Source of the DNA: a virus
IMG/VR virus record: IMGVR_UViG_3300024513_000016
Span: 48,243-112,242 of that record
Direction: 5' to 3' (one strand)
DNA: 64,000 nucleotides
Below are positions 1 to 10,406 of the stretch, piece after piece (position 1 is the stretch's first letter; every line of letters begins with the position of its first letter). The notes beneath the pieces are model-generated. The model saw only the letters and a program-made list of their open reading frames with translations, did no database searches and had not been told where the DNA came from. Position numbers and translations under genes: made by a program.

Positions 1-143
1 GCTCTTTGAATTGAAACAAATGGTCTTACAAGACTATCTCCACGATTCTCTATGCTGTCTGTAGCATCAAAATTGTTAGGATCGACATATAGTATATTCC
101 CTTCAGGATTACGAAGGAAGTTGTCTAAACGAGATAAAGGCAT
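1..143 (-). CDS. 5' end of large virion structural protein (runs off window)
   Basis: Manual translation MPLSRLDNFLRNPEGNILYVDPNNFDATDSIENRGDSLVRPFVSIQRA, a typical N-terminus of large cyanomyovirus structural proteins. Confidence 0.75.
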   Translation of the reverse strand, partial: MPLSRLDNFLRNPEGNILYVDPNNFDATDSIENRGDSLVRPFVSIQR

Positions 144-196
144 TTTATCAGAACTACTTACATTTCCTATGTTCTATTTAGGAGTTCTATATACAA

Positions 197-219
197 CAAA
201 ACCTCCAATAAGGAGGTTC
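197..219 (-). terminator. Intrinsic terminator hairpin
   Basis: Minus strand AACCTCC-TTATT-GGAGGTT followed by TTG. Confidence 0.55.
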
Positions 220-285
220 TGAAGTCACACTTTTCGGGTCACTGTAGGAATTCCTCCCACCGAATAAATTGTAAATTAAAATGTA

Positions 286-453
286 TTAACTGTCAAGTTC
301 TCCTCGCAGTTCAGCAAGTTTTGCTGTAGCAAGACATTCAACACATGTCCAATAGGTTTCACCACTAATAGGAAAATTATTATCCGTAAAGTGTGCTGCA
401 ATATCTTCCTGAAGCTCTCTAAGGTCTTGAAGTGTGTCTCGCTCAATGTACAT
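286..453 (-). CDS. Small hypothetical protein, 55 aa (not in ORF track)
   Basis: MYIERDTLQDLRELQEDIAAHFTDNNFPISGETYWTCVECLATAKLAELRGELDS; has its own sigma70-like promoter. Confidence 0.7.
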   Translation of the reverse strand: MYIERDTLQDLRELQEDIAAHFTDNNFPISGETYWTCVECLATAKLAELRGELDS

Positions 454-480
454 AATTAAGTTTTTTCATCCTACAGATTC

Positions 481-509
481 ATTGTAGCAATATTCGAGTA
501 TCCTGTCAA
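481..509 (-). promoter_or_regulatory. Sigma70-type promoter
   Basis: TTGACA-17 nt-TACAAT on minus strand. Confidence 0.7.
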
Positions 510-3500
510 GTGTCACCAAAAACCTTTGAATTCAACTTTCGAAGTTGTTCTTTTAGTTCTAAATTTTCTTCTTTTAAAGTTTTTACACTTTCAATAAGAA
601 GACCAATTAAACCATTATAATTAACTGTCTTAGTTTCTCCATCAGTAACTAATTCAGGAATAACTGCTTCAACATCTTGAGCAATAACACCAGCAGATTG
701 CTTTTTGTTTTCCTTCCAGTTAAAAGTTACACCGTTTATTTGAGAAACAATTTCTAGTGAATTTTCAATCTTATTAATATTTTCTTTTAATCTTCTGTCT
801 GAAGTTGTATTATAATCAAATGCAGTTACAATACCAGGGAAATTTGCATTTCTTCCAAAATTAACATCGAGATCGGAGATACTAATAGTTGAATTTAAAT
901 TACTACTACTTCTGATTTCAGATGCAATAATCTTTCCTTGGAATGAAACATCACCCGATGTGCTATACATATAGAATGAATTTGTTCCATCGGGTGCTTT
1001 AATAAATCCACTGGAAGAAATAAATGAATTTGCTGTTACAATTCCAGTAAAATTACCAGTAGTCGCAGTAATTGATCCAACTACAATATTTGGAGTTCCA
1101 GTAAGTCCCTGAGCAACAGTTGCAATTCCTGCTGAAGTTGCATAAGTTGCAATTCCAGAAGAAGTTGAATATGTAGATATTCCTGCAATACTTGCATAAG
1201 TTGCAATGCCTGCATAATTTACATACTGTTGATCAGTAAAGGTAATTGTTGCACCAACACCAATCGAATCAATACTTAAATTATTACCAACAAAATTTAT
1301 TAAACTAATACTAGAAGCAGATCCAACTAAAACACCATTATCTAATAAAGTAATACCTTCAATTGCACCAGAAGCAGCAGCAGGTCTCCATTCAGGTTTT
1401 CCTGAGGAAACTGAAAGTACATATGATTCTGGACCAATTGAAAGGAAACTGGTAATACCTACATTTTCCTGATAAGGTATTGCATATGAGGTTCCACCAC
1501 TTAAATTGATCGAACTAGTTGCAGTTCCACTTAAATTTCCATAGAAATAATTGGCAGATACTGAATCATCTGATACTGTTACTGCAGAACCTACTGCAAG
1601 TCTAACTCCATTTTTAACTTGAGTGGATCCAATACCAACCCCATAATTAAATAACCAAGCATCAGTAGTTCCTGTTCCAAGAGTTCCACCCTTTACCCAA
1701 GTTATCTGCTTATAAGTTGAAGAAATATCACCATTTGATAGATTTACTAATGGTGAACCCTCAGTACTCGCAATCGAAATTCCACCATAATTAGCAGAAG
1801 TATCAGTTTCGTTATGAGATGTAGAGTATCCTAGAACAATATTCTTATCTTCTATAAGTTGTTCTACAACATTTAATATAACTTGTGTTCCATTAACAGT
1901 TAAATTGCCATCAATAACAACGTTATTATTAACTGTAAGATCATTTTGAATGGTTACATTATTTGGAAGTCCAACTACTGGGGAAGACCCCTCACCAGTA
2001 GAAGATGTAACCTCAACTTCATTTACTGTTCCACTGATAGTCTTAACATAATCTCCGAAAGTATCAGTCCCCAGACCGACAGAATTTGGTTGAATAGTTG
2101 CAGCAATAGAAACATTTCCTGTTCCATCAAAAGTAACTCCAGAACCTACAATGTCACCAGTGATTGAAAATGTTCTTGGAGTTTGAAGTTTAGTTGATTG
2201 TGTAGATATTCCTGCAGTAGATGCATATGTTGCAATTCCAGAAGATTGTGAATATGCAGGTGTAGAAAATGTAATTACTGCTGTTGTTCCTACACCAGTA
2301 GCAGTAACATAATCACCAACAAAATCAATTGTTGCAAAACTGGAAGCAGATCCTACAATATTTCCTTCATCTTTAATTGTAATCCCTTCAAGTTTAGATA
2401 GAATAAGATCCGTAAGATTCCCACCAGATCCATAAAATGCTGTAGCAGTTACAACTCCAGAAACATAAACCTGATTTGCGGTTACAATTCCTAAAGTAGA
2501 AATTCCACTGACATTTAAATTAGTAACTGATGCAATTCCACCAATTACGTTTGTAGATACTCCAGCAGTGGTTGCATAAGTAGCAATTCCAGCAATAGGA
2601 GAATAAACTGCTGTTACATTAGTTAATCCTGAACCATCTCCAACATGACTTCCACTAAAAATACCTGCAGAAAGTCTTCCTGAGAAAGGATTATAAATTA
2701 AACCGTTAGTTCTTACGGAAGTATATCCACTTTGACTAGTGAAAAATCCTACATAATGATTTTGATTGCCTGAATAAGTACCTATTAAAACCTTATCGGA
2801 ATTTGTAGCAATGCCTGCTGAAGTTGCATAAGTCGAAGTTGATGCATTTCCATCTAAAGTTCCAACAAAAGTTGTTGCAGTAACAACACCACTAAAATTT
2901 CCATTACCTGTAACATTTAGATCTGATACTATTTGTCCTCCGATAGACAAATTAGTACTAATAGAAACTAAATTTGCATTTAAATATAGATCATTTGGAC
3001 TCGTTATATTTGGAGTCCCAGCATTAGTAGAAACAAATGAATTTGCAGTTACAACACCAGTAAAATTACCATCCCCACTTACATTTAAATTAGTAACTGA
3101 TGCAATTCCACCTATTACGTTTGTAGAGACTCCTGCAAAATCTGCATAAGTTGCTATGCCAGAAGAGGTTGCATAGGTTGATATGCCAGAAGAGGTTGCA
3201 TAGGTTGATATGTCAGAAGAGGTTGCATAGGTTGATATGCCAGAAGAGGTTGCATAGGTTGCTATGCCTGCAGTAATTGCATAGGTAGCAATACCAGCAT
3301 AAGAAGCATATTCAGTGTCAGTTTCTGAAAGAGGATACCAGAATCTACCACCCTCAGAAGTAGCAGTTGCAACTAAAATAAATACCTCTCCAGGAGGAAG
3401 AGGATTTGCCCCTATAGATGAGGGACCAACTAAAGGATCCCCAAGGTTAGGTTCAGCTTGCTCTAATCCTAAAAATTGATACCTATCAGGTGTGATATCA

Positions 3501-3550
3501 ACTTGAGGAGTTCTTTTTACTCTCTTACTTAGGAACCCTTGATTTGCCAT
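506..3550 (-). CDS. Tail fibre protein with C-terminal peptidase S74 intramolecular chaperone
   Basis: G/S/T-rich repeats; C-terminal SDRRLKENI...GVIAQDVE...VNYNGLIGLLIES plus coiled coil. Confidence 0.85.
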   Translation of the reverse strand: MANQGFLSKRVKRTPQVDITPDRYQFLGLEQAEPNLGDPLVGPSSIGANPLPPGEVFILVATATSEGGRFWYPLSETDTEYASYAGIATYAITAGIATYATSSGISTYATSSDISTYATSSGISTYATSSGIATYADFAGVSTNVIGGIASVTNLNVSGDGNFTGVVTANSFVSTNAGTPNITSPNDLYLNANLVSISTNLSIGGQIVSDLNVTGNGNFSGVVTATTFVGTLDGNASTSTYATSAGIATNSDKVLIGTYSGNQNHYVGFFTSQSGYTSVRTNGLIYNPFSGRLSAGIFSGSHVGDGSGLTNVTAVYSPIAGIATYATTAGVSTNVIGGIASVTNLNVSGISTLGIVTANQVYVSGVVTATAFYGSGGNLTDLILSKLEGITIKDEGNIVGSASSFATIDFVGDYVTATGVGTTAVITFSTPAYSQSSGIATYASTAGISTQSTKLQTPRTFSITGDIVGSGVTFDGTGNVSIAATIQPNSVGLGTDTFGDYVKTISGTVNEVEVTSSTGEGSSPVVGLPNNVTIQNDLTVNNNVVIDGNLTVNGTQVILNVVEQLIEDKNIVLGYSTSHNETDTSANYGGISIASTEGSPLVNLSNGDISSTYKQITWVKGGTLGTGTTDAWLFNYGVGIGSTQVKNGVRLAVGSAVTVSDDSVSANYFYGNLSGTATSSINLSGGTSYAIPYQENVGITSFLSIGPESYVLSVSSGKPEWRPAAASGAIEGITLLDNGVLVGSASSISLINFVGNNLSIDSIGVGATITFTDQQYVNYAGIATYASIAGISTYSTSSGIATYATSAGIATVAQGLTGTPNIVVGSITATTGNFTGIVTANSFISSSGFIKAPDGTNSFYMYSTSGDVSFQGKIIASEIRSSSNLNSTISISDLDVNFGRNANFPGIVTAFDYNTTSDRRLKENINKIENSLEIVSQINGVTFNWKENKKQSAGVIAQDVEAVIPELVTDGETKTVNYNGLIGLLIESVKTLKEENLELKEQLRKLNSKVFGDT
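3140..3305 (-). repeat. 30-bp coding tandem repeat (YATSSGIST-type 10-aa unit)
   Basis: gcataggttgatatgccagaagaggtt-like unit repeated about 5 times; degenerate copies near 1120-1220, 2200-2250, 2560-2600. Confidence 0.85.
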
Positions 3551-3560
3551 TTCTTATATA

Positions 3561-3917
3561 TTATTGATTAGAAGTTTCAAGAATACTGATAATAAACTTT
3601 AAATCAGTTGAACTACTACTACTTATAGTAATATAATCCCCTTGCTCAAGAACTAATTTTCCAGGCAATAAGTTTGCAGTATCATTACTAGGAATGTGAA
3701 AATTTTTAACAATTTCCGTAGAAACTGTTCCTACACCAGACACTACACGATTGTGATACCAACTTAATGTTTGAGTTTCGTTACCAATATTTGAACATTG
3801 TGCAAGCAAAAACACTCCAACGAATCCAACGGGTGCTTCATATATATTTTCTGTCGATAATCCAACAACTTTAGTAATTGTACGGAAATTATTTACTGCT
3901 GCTGCTGCAACTGCCAT
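3561..3917 (-). CDS. Hypothetical virion-associated protein
   Basis: 118-aa ORF in structural operon; GKLVLEQGD motif. Confidence 0.7.
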   Translation of the reverse strand: MAVAAAAVNNFRTITKVVGLSTENIYEAPVGFVGVFLLAQCSNIGNETQTLSWYHNRVVSGVGTVSTEIVKNFHIPSNDTANLLPGKLVLEQGDYITISSSSSTDLKFIISILETSNQ

Positions 3918-3932
3918 TTTTAACGTTCCTCC

Positions 3933-6900
3933 TTAGTCTGATAGTGCAAGAATAAAAGGGGTTAAAGTTGTAAACAAACTCTTGGAGTAAATTCTACCAG
4001 AAATTGTTCCTGATGCTTGATTTATAACAACTCCATCACCAATTCGGAAATTTCCTGCTTGGTCGGTACTGGTATAAACTACAATTCCTCCATTTTCTTG
4101 AACAACTTCATTATCTTGAATAGCAACACCACCGAGAGCAGGTTTGGCACGATTAATATCATTTCCAGAACCAACCCATTCAAATGAATGAGATGATGTA
4201 ATTTGTAAACTTACTCGTGTAAAGTATACTGTAGTTCCTGCACTAACTGTATTATTTAGGTTCTGTAATAAAGTGATTGTAGAAATTCCGGCACTTGGTA
4301 AAGTAGCAGAATCAACTTTATAAAATATTGGTTGCATTCTAGACACTGATGCTTGTGCTTGAACTCCAACTCCAGTTGGAGGAGCAATCGTGACAGTGGG
4401 GGGATTTAAATATTGAGTTCCCGAGTTTATAATATTGATAGAAACCACTCTTCCATTTTCAATTGTAGATGTAGCTTGAGCAGTAATTCCATTTTCACCC
4501 TCAGGTGCAGAGAAAAACACTCTAGGTGCAGATTCATATCCGAATCCACCATCAGTAACTTCTACGGTATCGACAAAATTATATAAATCTCCAAAATAAC
4601 AAACCTGTCCATCATAAGGTCTATATGATCCTAATCCTCCAACCTGTACATCATTATTTTTTGCTGGAGAATCTGTGGTAACTGTTCCAGTATAACGATA
4701 AATTGATTTAGTATTTTCATCTCCATCTCCATCGGCATAAAGTCCTAGTCTACCAAATGATGAGTTAGAGTTTGTAATATCACATTGACCTCCAGATCCA
4801 GTAAATACTGAAATATCATTACAAATAGTAAAGATAGAAACTAACTGTGCATATGCACCATTTGTAATAGAAACTCCAATTCCACCTTGATTATACTGAG
4901 TGTATGAGTCAACACTCATTGTACCAGTAACACCTATATCATTTAAATCACCAGGTTCAGCATCAAATCCTTCCACTTTCATGCCTATACTGTTACCAAT
5001 AAAATTGGTACAGTTTCTTACATATGGTCCCTGTGTAATAGGTCCTACACCTTTAGAATATGGAGGTAAAACTAATCCTCCAGAAGAATAAGTATGCGGA
5101 ATAGTAGAAGTTCCAACTACGATTGTAAATGATCCTGGAGATGGTACATCTATTACTCTGAACTGATACCCCTCACTTCCTGTTGGATATATTGTAGTGG
5201 TCCCTGCACCACTCATACATGTAAATTCTAAATCACGAATTCCAACTAAATCACCTACATTAATGATTGCGTTTGGTGAAGAAATTGTAGTAATTCCTGT
5301 AGTATGATCATAATCTGCATCTATTACAGGAATAGAACGATCCACTACAAATCCACCTGAAACATAAGTATGAGGTAGCGTAGATACTCCAACGTAAATA
5401 TCAAAAGAACCATCTTCATTAACTTGCTCAACTAAAAATTGATTTCCATATTTTCCAGATGGGAACTTTTGAGTAGATGTAGTTATACCAGAAGAACACT
5501 CAAATACTAAGTCATATATTTCTACGGTGTCATTTTCTTTTACTGAAAAATTAGGAATTGTAAGTGTGGTTCTTCCACTTACTTCATCATAAACTGCATT
5601 GGTAACTTCTTTTACTGTTGTAAATCCAATTCCTGCATTTCCTGGATATGTAACATTAAATACATTGCCCAAAACAGTTGGACCTTGATCAATAATTGTA
5701 GTTACAACACCAACACATGAATAGATTGCAGATACTACATTTGCACAAGAATTTATATCAATATTTGATCCTGTAGCACTGTCTGCTTGCATTCCAAGAT
5801 CTCTAATTTGAGTAAATTCGGATTGATAATTACCATCCCAGGAGACATTATTAATACAAGATTTTGCAATTCCTGCAGCATAACGAATAGTATCTATAGT
5901 TTCAGTCTTAACACCAACAATATGTTGAAGAGTTTCATCACTATAATATGAAAGTCCTGCTCCTACACACTTAGAATTACCACCCCTAGTAATATCAAAG
6001 CAAATTGCTTTAAAAATATCCTTAATGTCATCTTTACATGAAGTATAGTCATTACTAGACAAAGTAAATGCTGGATATTGGTAATCTGTACTGGTTAAAT
6101 ATCCAACTGCTTCAGATGCAATAAAATCAAGATTCATACGAATCAGTCTTGCAGCATCAAAAAATCTATCTTCAGATACACCTAAAAGTGGTTGAAATGC
6201 TACAACTGCTGCACCTGAAGTAACATTAGGTCCAACAAAACTCATATCAGTTATATGGCATCCATTATTTACATGGAATAGATCTCTATCCAAATATTTT
6301 GGAGTGACTATACAGTTTCTCAGTTCAGTTCCTTCTACTGATACTGTTCTAGAAAGAACAATTGGATTTTCTTCAACATAAGCTCCAGGGAATACTTTTA
6401 TAGTATCTCCAGACAATGCAACTGCGGATGCTGATTTAATTGTTCTTTTTGGATGATTTTCTGACAATCCTGTATTATTATCATCACCATTTTGGGAAAC
6501 ATAAATTGTTTTACCAACTGGTCTATATGAAGATATTTCAACTACACCCTTTCCAGCAGTTTGACTGCTGTTAATATCAATACCAATTCCTGCAACAAGT
6601 TGTGTTACTATCCCAACCAGTCCTACACCATCACCAAGATATTCATTAGCAATAACAGTATTAAGAGTAGATACTCCAGATACAGATAATTGCGTTACCG
6701 AAGCAATTCCACCAACAACGTCAGTAGATACACCAGATGCTAAAGTGTATGCAGAAACTTCTGTTTGGAAAGACGTTCCTGTGATATTAATATCATATGT
6801 TCCAGACAGTCTTTCTTTAGGAATAACACCATCAAGAATATTTGCACCATCTGTTAAAAAATTTGCAGTATTTGCAGATCCAGTAACATTAATATCATAA

Positions 6901-7217
6901 GTTCCCTGAAGAACTGATGTGGAAACTATTCCACTCTTAATATTGCCTGCGTCTTCAAGAAAGTCTGCACTATCTACTGAAACTGGATAATAACCAGATA
7001 ATCTTTCAGAACTAATTGTTCCTGAAATAATATTTGAACCATTCAGTAAAGCATTAGCAAAGTCTGCAGTTCCTGAAAAAATACCAACAAATTTGTTTGC
7101 AGTAATAGTAGATGCACCTACTATACTATTCCCATCAAGATTTAGATTATCCCCGTAGGACAGTTCCTCAATCTTACCTGTATCGGGATTAACTATAAGT
7201 GGATATCTATCGGCCAT
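3933..7217 (-). CDS. Large virion structural / tail fibre-like protein with beta-helix region
   Basis: YVSQNGDDNNTG...RTIKSA...GDTIKVFPG motif; GYxSAPxV repeats; C-terminal VYTSTDQAGNFRIG. Confidence 0.75.
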   Translation of the reverse strand: MADRYPLIVNPDTGKIEELSYGDNLNLDGNSIVGASTITANKFVGIFSGTADFANALLNGSNIISGTISSERLSGYYPVSVDSADFLEDAGNIKSGIVSTSVLQGTYDINVTGSANTANFLTDGANILDGVIPKERLSGTYDINITGTSFQTEVSAYTLASGVSTDVVGGIASVTQLSVSGVSTLNTVIANEYLGDGVGLVGIVTQLVAGIGIDINSSQTAGKGVVEISSYRPVGKTIYVSQNGDDNNTGLSENHPKRTIKSASAVALSGDTIKVFPGAYVEENPIVLSRTVSVEGTELRNCIVTPKYLDRDLFHVNNGCHITDMSFVGPNVTSGAAVVAFQPLLGVSEDRFFDAARLIRMNLDFIASEAVGYLTSTDYQYPAFTLSSNDYTSCKDDIKDIFKAICFDITRGGNSKCVGAGLSYYSDETLQHIVGVKTETIDTIRYAAGIAKSCINNVSWDGNYQSEFTQIRDLGMQADSATGSNIDINSCANVVSAIYSCVGVVTTIIDQGPTVLGNVFNVTYPGNAGIGFTTVKEVTNAVYDEVSGRTTLTIPNFSVKENDTVEIYDLVFECSSGITTSTQKFPSGKYGNQFLVEQVNEDGSFDIYVGVSTLPHTYVSGGFVVDRSIPVIDADYDHTTGITTISSPNAIINVGDLVGIRDLEFTCMSGAGTTTIYPTGSEGYQFRVIDVPSPGSFTIVVGTSTIPHTYSSGGLVLPPYSKGVGPITQGPYVRNCTNFIGNSIGMKVEGFDAEPGDLNDIGVTGTMSVDSYTQYNQGGIGVSITNGAYAQLVSIFTICNDISVFTGSGGQCDITNSNSSFGRLGLYADGDGDENTKSIYRYTGTVTTDSPAKNNDVQVGGLGSYRPYDGQVCYFGDLYNFVDTVEVTDGGFGYESAPRVFFSAPEGENGITAQATSTIENGRVVSINIINSGTQYLNPPTVTIAPPTGVGVQAQASVSRMQPIFYKVDSATLPSAGISTITLLQNLNNTVSAGTTVYFTRVSLQITSSHSFEWVGSGNDINRAKPALGGVAIQDNEVVQENGGIVVYTSTDQAGNFRIGDGVVINQASGTISGRIYSKSLFTTLTPFILALSD

Positions 7218-7260
7218 TAACTTATGTTTAGATGCTTTTAGTTCTTATAATATATAGGTT

Positions 7261-8943
7261 CTACTCATAAGGCCTAAAATCAAAATTAGATATATCTGAA
7301 ATAACTGCTTCCAATTCTGTTATTTCTTCATCTAATTTAGATGCAGATTGAAGAATAGACCATGCATATCTTTGAAGTTTTTCCCTTTGCTTTCTTAACG
7401 TATTAGATATAGATGCAGTTTGTTTAATTGCAGGAACATTTTTATTTCTAGTTTGAGTATAAGAATTTAAAGAATTATTAATTGTATTATCAAAAGAAGA
7501 ACAGTTTGGAGGAAAAACTCCGAGAGGTGGAGGTCCTGCAGCATATCCAATTACATCAGTTGCTGTAGCTGCTACTGTAACTCTAGTTCCTTCGGGTGCA
7601 TACTTTATAGTATAAATTGGAGGATCACCACCATTAGAAGTTTTTATTGTTGGCCACTGAGTTGTTCCAATATTATAACCACCTCTTCCTGCTCCTACCT
7701 CAGGCTCTGCATTCCTAATACATTCTCTCGTATCTTTATTCCATGTTGTATTTGATCTTAAAGTCCCATCACTTTTATATAAACAATCATTTTTATTTTT
7801 TTTAGTGCTGTCAACATAAGTTTTTCCGGGTTTATACTTATCAAACTCATTTTCTATTCCAGATTCGTCAAAATAAACACTACCCCCAGTACCTACAGTT
7901 GAAGATCCAATTATACCTATTTTAATAGGAGAATTTGGACTTTTAGTATAATCAAATCCTTTATAAATTTGAGAATCAACCCTTAGTGCAATAAGATCTG
8001 TAGTCAATCCGGACCTTGATGCTTCAGTTGATAAAAATACTGCAGAATAATTAGTAAGTATTCCAACAAAAAATTCACCCTCTTCAATATAATCAGTTGC
8101 ATTTGCACTCAATATTAAAGTATTGACTGTCAATAAAGATGTTTCTAAAACACCATCTTCACCATAATATTCAATAGGTTGACTGGCACTACCAAAACCA
8201 GTAATAGTTGTTAGATATGGAATGACTGGAGGATTAGTACCTACACCCAAATGAACAAGAGTCATGCCAGTTTTGATACCAACAAAACTACCTGCACCAA
8301 AGTTATTAAAAACATTAGAACCAGTAGAAATACCCCCTATTAGAGATGTTATTACACCAACTGAAATAGTTTCACCAAATCCAACTATCTCAGGTAAATT
8401 TCCAGGAGAATATATTGAAGGGTTATCAATATCGTCTGAAATTGTATCATTTATTTTTAATTCAGGTGGTCTAGATGTCGGATTTCCATCTTCATCCGTA
8501 ATTGCAATAATTGTAGATCCAGAAGAAACATTAGCATAAAACTCTGCAACTAAAGTTGATCCATAATCACGATCTAAAGGTTTTTTATAATATTTCAAAC
8601 CAACTTTTGGTTTATAATCATAAGTGTCTGGATTTTTTTGTACTTCCCAAACTTTATATTGTCCTATATTAAAAGGTGTAGGAGATTCTATTTCTACCCA
8701 TTTTAAATCTGTTCTACATCCTGAAGCAATTCTTGCATCATATGCTGCTTTTACAGCATCTACAGAAGCATTTACTTCACCGGATAAAGGTAAAGTACTT
8801 TCATCTATTGGATCAATTAGTCCATCATACTTATCAAGTTTAATATCTATTAATGATAACTGATCCAATAAATTATTTAATTGATTTTTTTTTCTTATTA
8901 TCTCTAACTTATATTCTTCAATAATGTCACTAGAATTACTCAT
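7261..8943 (-). CDS. Hypothetical virion structural protein
   Basis: 560 aa, coiled-coil termini, baseplate/tail context. Confidence 0.6.
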   Translation of the reverse strand: MSNSSDIIEEYKLEIIRKKNQLNNLLDQLSLIDIKLDKYDGLIDPIDESTLPLSGEVNASVDAVKAAYDARIASGCRTDLKWVEIESPTPFNIGQYKVWEVQKNPDTYDYKPKVGLKYYKKPLDRDYGSTLVAEFYANVSSGSTIIAITDEDGNPTSRPPELKINDTISDDIDNPSIYSPGNLPEIVGFGETISVGVITSLIGGISTGSNVFNNFGAGSFVGIKTGMTLVHLGVGTNPPVIPYLTTITGFGSASQPIEYYGEDGVLETSLLTVNTLILSANATDYIEEGEFFVGILTNYSAVFLSTEASRSGLTTDLIALRVDSQIYKGFDYTKSPNSPIKIGIIGSSTVGTGGSVYFDESGIENEFDKYKPGKTYVDSTKKNKNDCLYKSDGTLRSNTTWNKDTRECIRNAEPEVGAGRGGYNIGTTQWPTIKTSNGGDPPIYTIKYAPEGTRVTVAATATDVIGYAAGPPPLGVFPPNCSSFDNTINNSLNSYTQTRNKNVPAIKQTASISNTLRKQREKLQRYAWSILQSASKLDEEITELEAVISDISNFDFRPYE

Positions 8944-8965
8944 ATACTTTTCCTCATCAATTTAA

Positions 8966-9853
8966 TTAAGAATTAATTCCTGGTCTATAATCATAATGAT
9001 ATCCAACTATAGATCTTTGATCTTTTCCCGGATAATCTTCTATTTTACCTTCATATTCTACAACAATTTTATCTACATCTTTTCTTTCACCATAAACAAT
9101 ATAACTACAGTGAACTGCACTCCCTGCATTATTTAGAACTTTAATTTTAGACCCCCAATCTGATATTTCATAATAAAGTTCTTGATATGTTCCAATAGGA
9201 GTCAGGTAAACTGTAATTGTTTCCGAATCTACTAAACCTTTCCAATATTCTGGTAATTCTATAATATTAGAATCTTTTAAAATTCCTCTATGATAGACTG
9301 CCGCTTCAGGACCTTCTAAACAAATATGAGTCAATCTCCACCCTTTTTTAGTAGGGTGATGCATATCAAATCCTTTTGGAGGTGATGCTGCTGCAGTAGC
9401 TAATTGAGCATCAAGCCATTCACAACTAATAACTCCATCAACTCTCAATGCTCCATTTACAACTTCTGTAAGATTTGCTATACAAACATCATTACCAATT
9501 GCTAAGGCATTGCTGAGACTCGTTCCTTGTTTAATGTCTGCAGATTGTTTAATTTCTATTCCTTCACAAACAACTGCACCTGCAAATAAACTAGAACCTT
9601 CTACATTAAAAGATCCAATAATATTTGTTATACCATCGACAACAAGAGATGCAGGAAAAGAAGCAGATACTGGTGGTCCAATTGTGCAAGTAGCTCTTGC
9701 TGCAGGAGCAGCAAGAGCAGCACCCATCAAAACAGGTCCATTCAATACTGCAGTTCCGGGTAAAACTTTACTAGTAGCACTAATAAATGAAGTATCAAGT
9801 TGTCCTACAATAAGTTTATCACCTACTTGTGATATAGAAGTGGTATGTGACAT
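8966..9853 (-). CDS. Baseplate spike / gp5 C-terminal-associated protein
   Basis: Beta-rich N-half; C-terminal KGFDMHHP...CLEGPEAAVYHRG domain seen in phage fibre C-termini; downstream of gp5. Confidence 0.55.
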   Translation of the reverse strand: MSHTTSISQVGDKLIVGQLDTSFISATSKVLPGTAVLNGPVLMGAALAAPAARATCTIGPPVSASFPASLVVDGITNIIGSFNVEGSSLFAGAVVCEGIEIKQSADIKQGTSLSNALAIGNDVCIANLTEVVNGALRVDGVISCEWLDAQLATAAASPPKGFDMHHPTKKGWRLTHICLEGPEAAVYHRGILKDSNIIELPEYWKGLVDSETITVYLTPIGTYQELYYEISDWGSKIKVLNNAGSAVHCSYIVYGERKDVDKIVVEYEGKIEDYPGKDQRSIVGYHYDYRPGINS

Positions 9854-9854
9854 A

Positions 9855-10406
9855 TCAAATCATTTTCAAGAATTTTTTAAGATTACTTAAAGCACTTAGT
9901 ATCGATCCAACAAATGATCCTTGTGTTACATCTGAGAATGACGCACTAGATACTTGAACATTTGCTGCCATATCTACAGTTTGCCCATACATACCAATTT
10001 CATTTGTAGCCGTAATATCGACATTTGTTCCTTTCGTTCTAACAATAGGAGCATTAAATTCTATGATTTTACCGGACCCCAGAGTAATCTCACCACTACC
10101 ATCTGTAGCAACAATTCTTATATTTCTTGCACGAATTATAATATCTCCAGCAGGGGCATCTAAATAAATATCACCATTTTTTGCGTATATGACTTTCGCA
10201 GGTTCATCATCTACACATTTTGATCCAACAACTTCTATGGAAGTTTTAGGATTTGCCTCCACCCTATTTCCGTCTTCTCTAAGTTGAATCGAACTTCCAC
10301 TATCAGTAGTTACTGCCCATTCATATGTTGCTTCTTTGTTAGTAACATTATCATAAATCTTATGTGCAATATTTGTATCTATATTTTGCCTTTCGCTTTT
10401 ACTCAT
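9855..10406 (-). CDS. gp5 beta-helix-like protein
   Basis: IYAKNGDIYLDAPAGDIIIRARNIRI repeats; coupled to gp5 stop. Confidence 0.55.
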   Translation of the reverse strand: MSKSERQNIDTNIAHKIYDNVTNKEATYEWAVTTDSGSSIQLREDGNRVEANPKTSIEVVGSKCVDDEPAKVIYAKNGDIYLDAPAGDIIIRARNIRIVATDGSGEITLGSGKIIEFNAPIVRTKGTNVDITATNEIGMYGQTVDMAANVQVSSASFSDVTQGSFVGSILSALSNLKKFLKMI

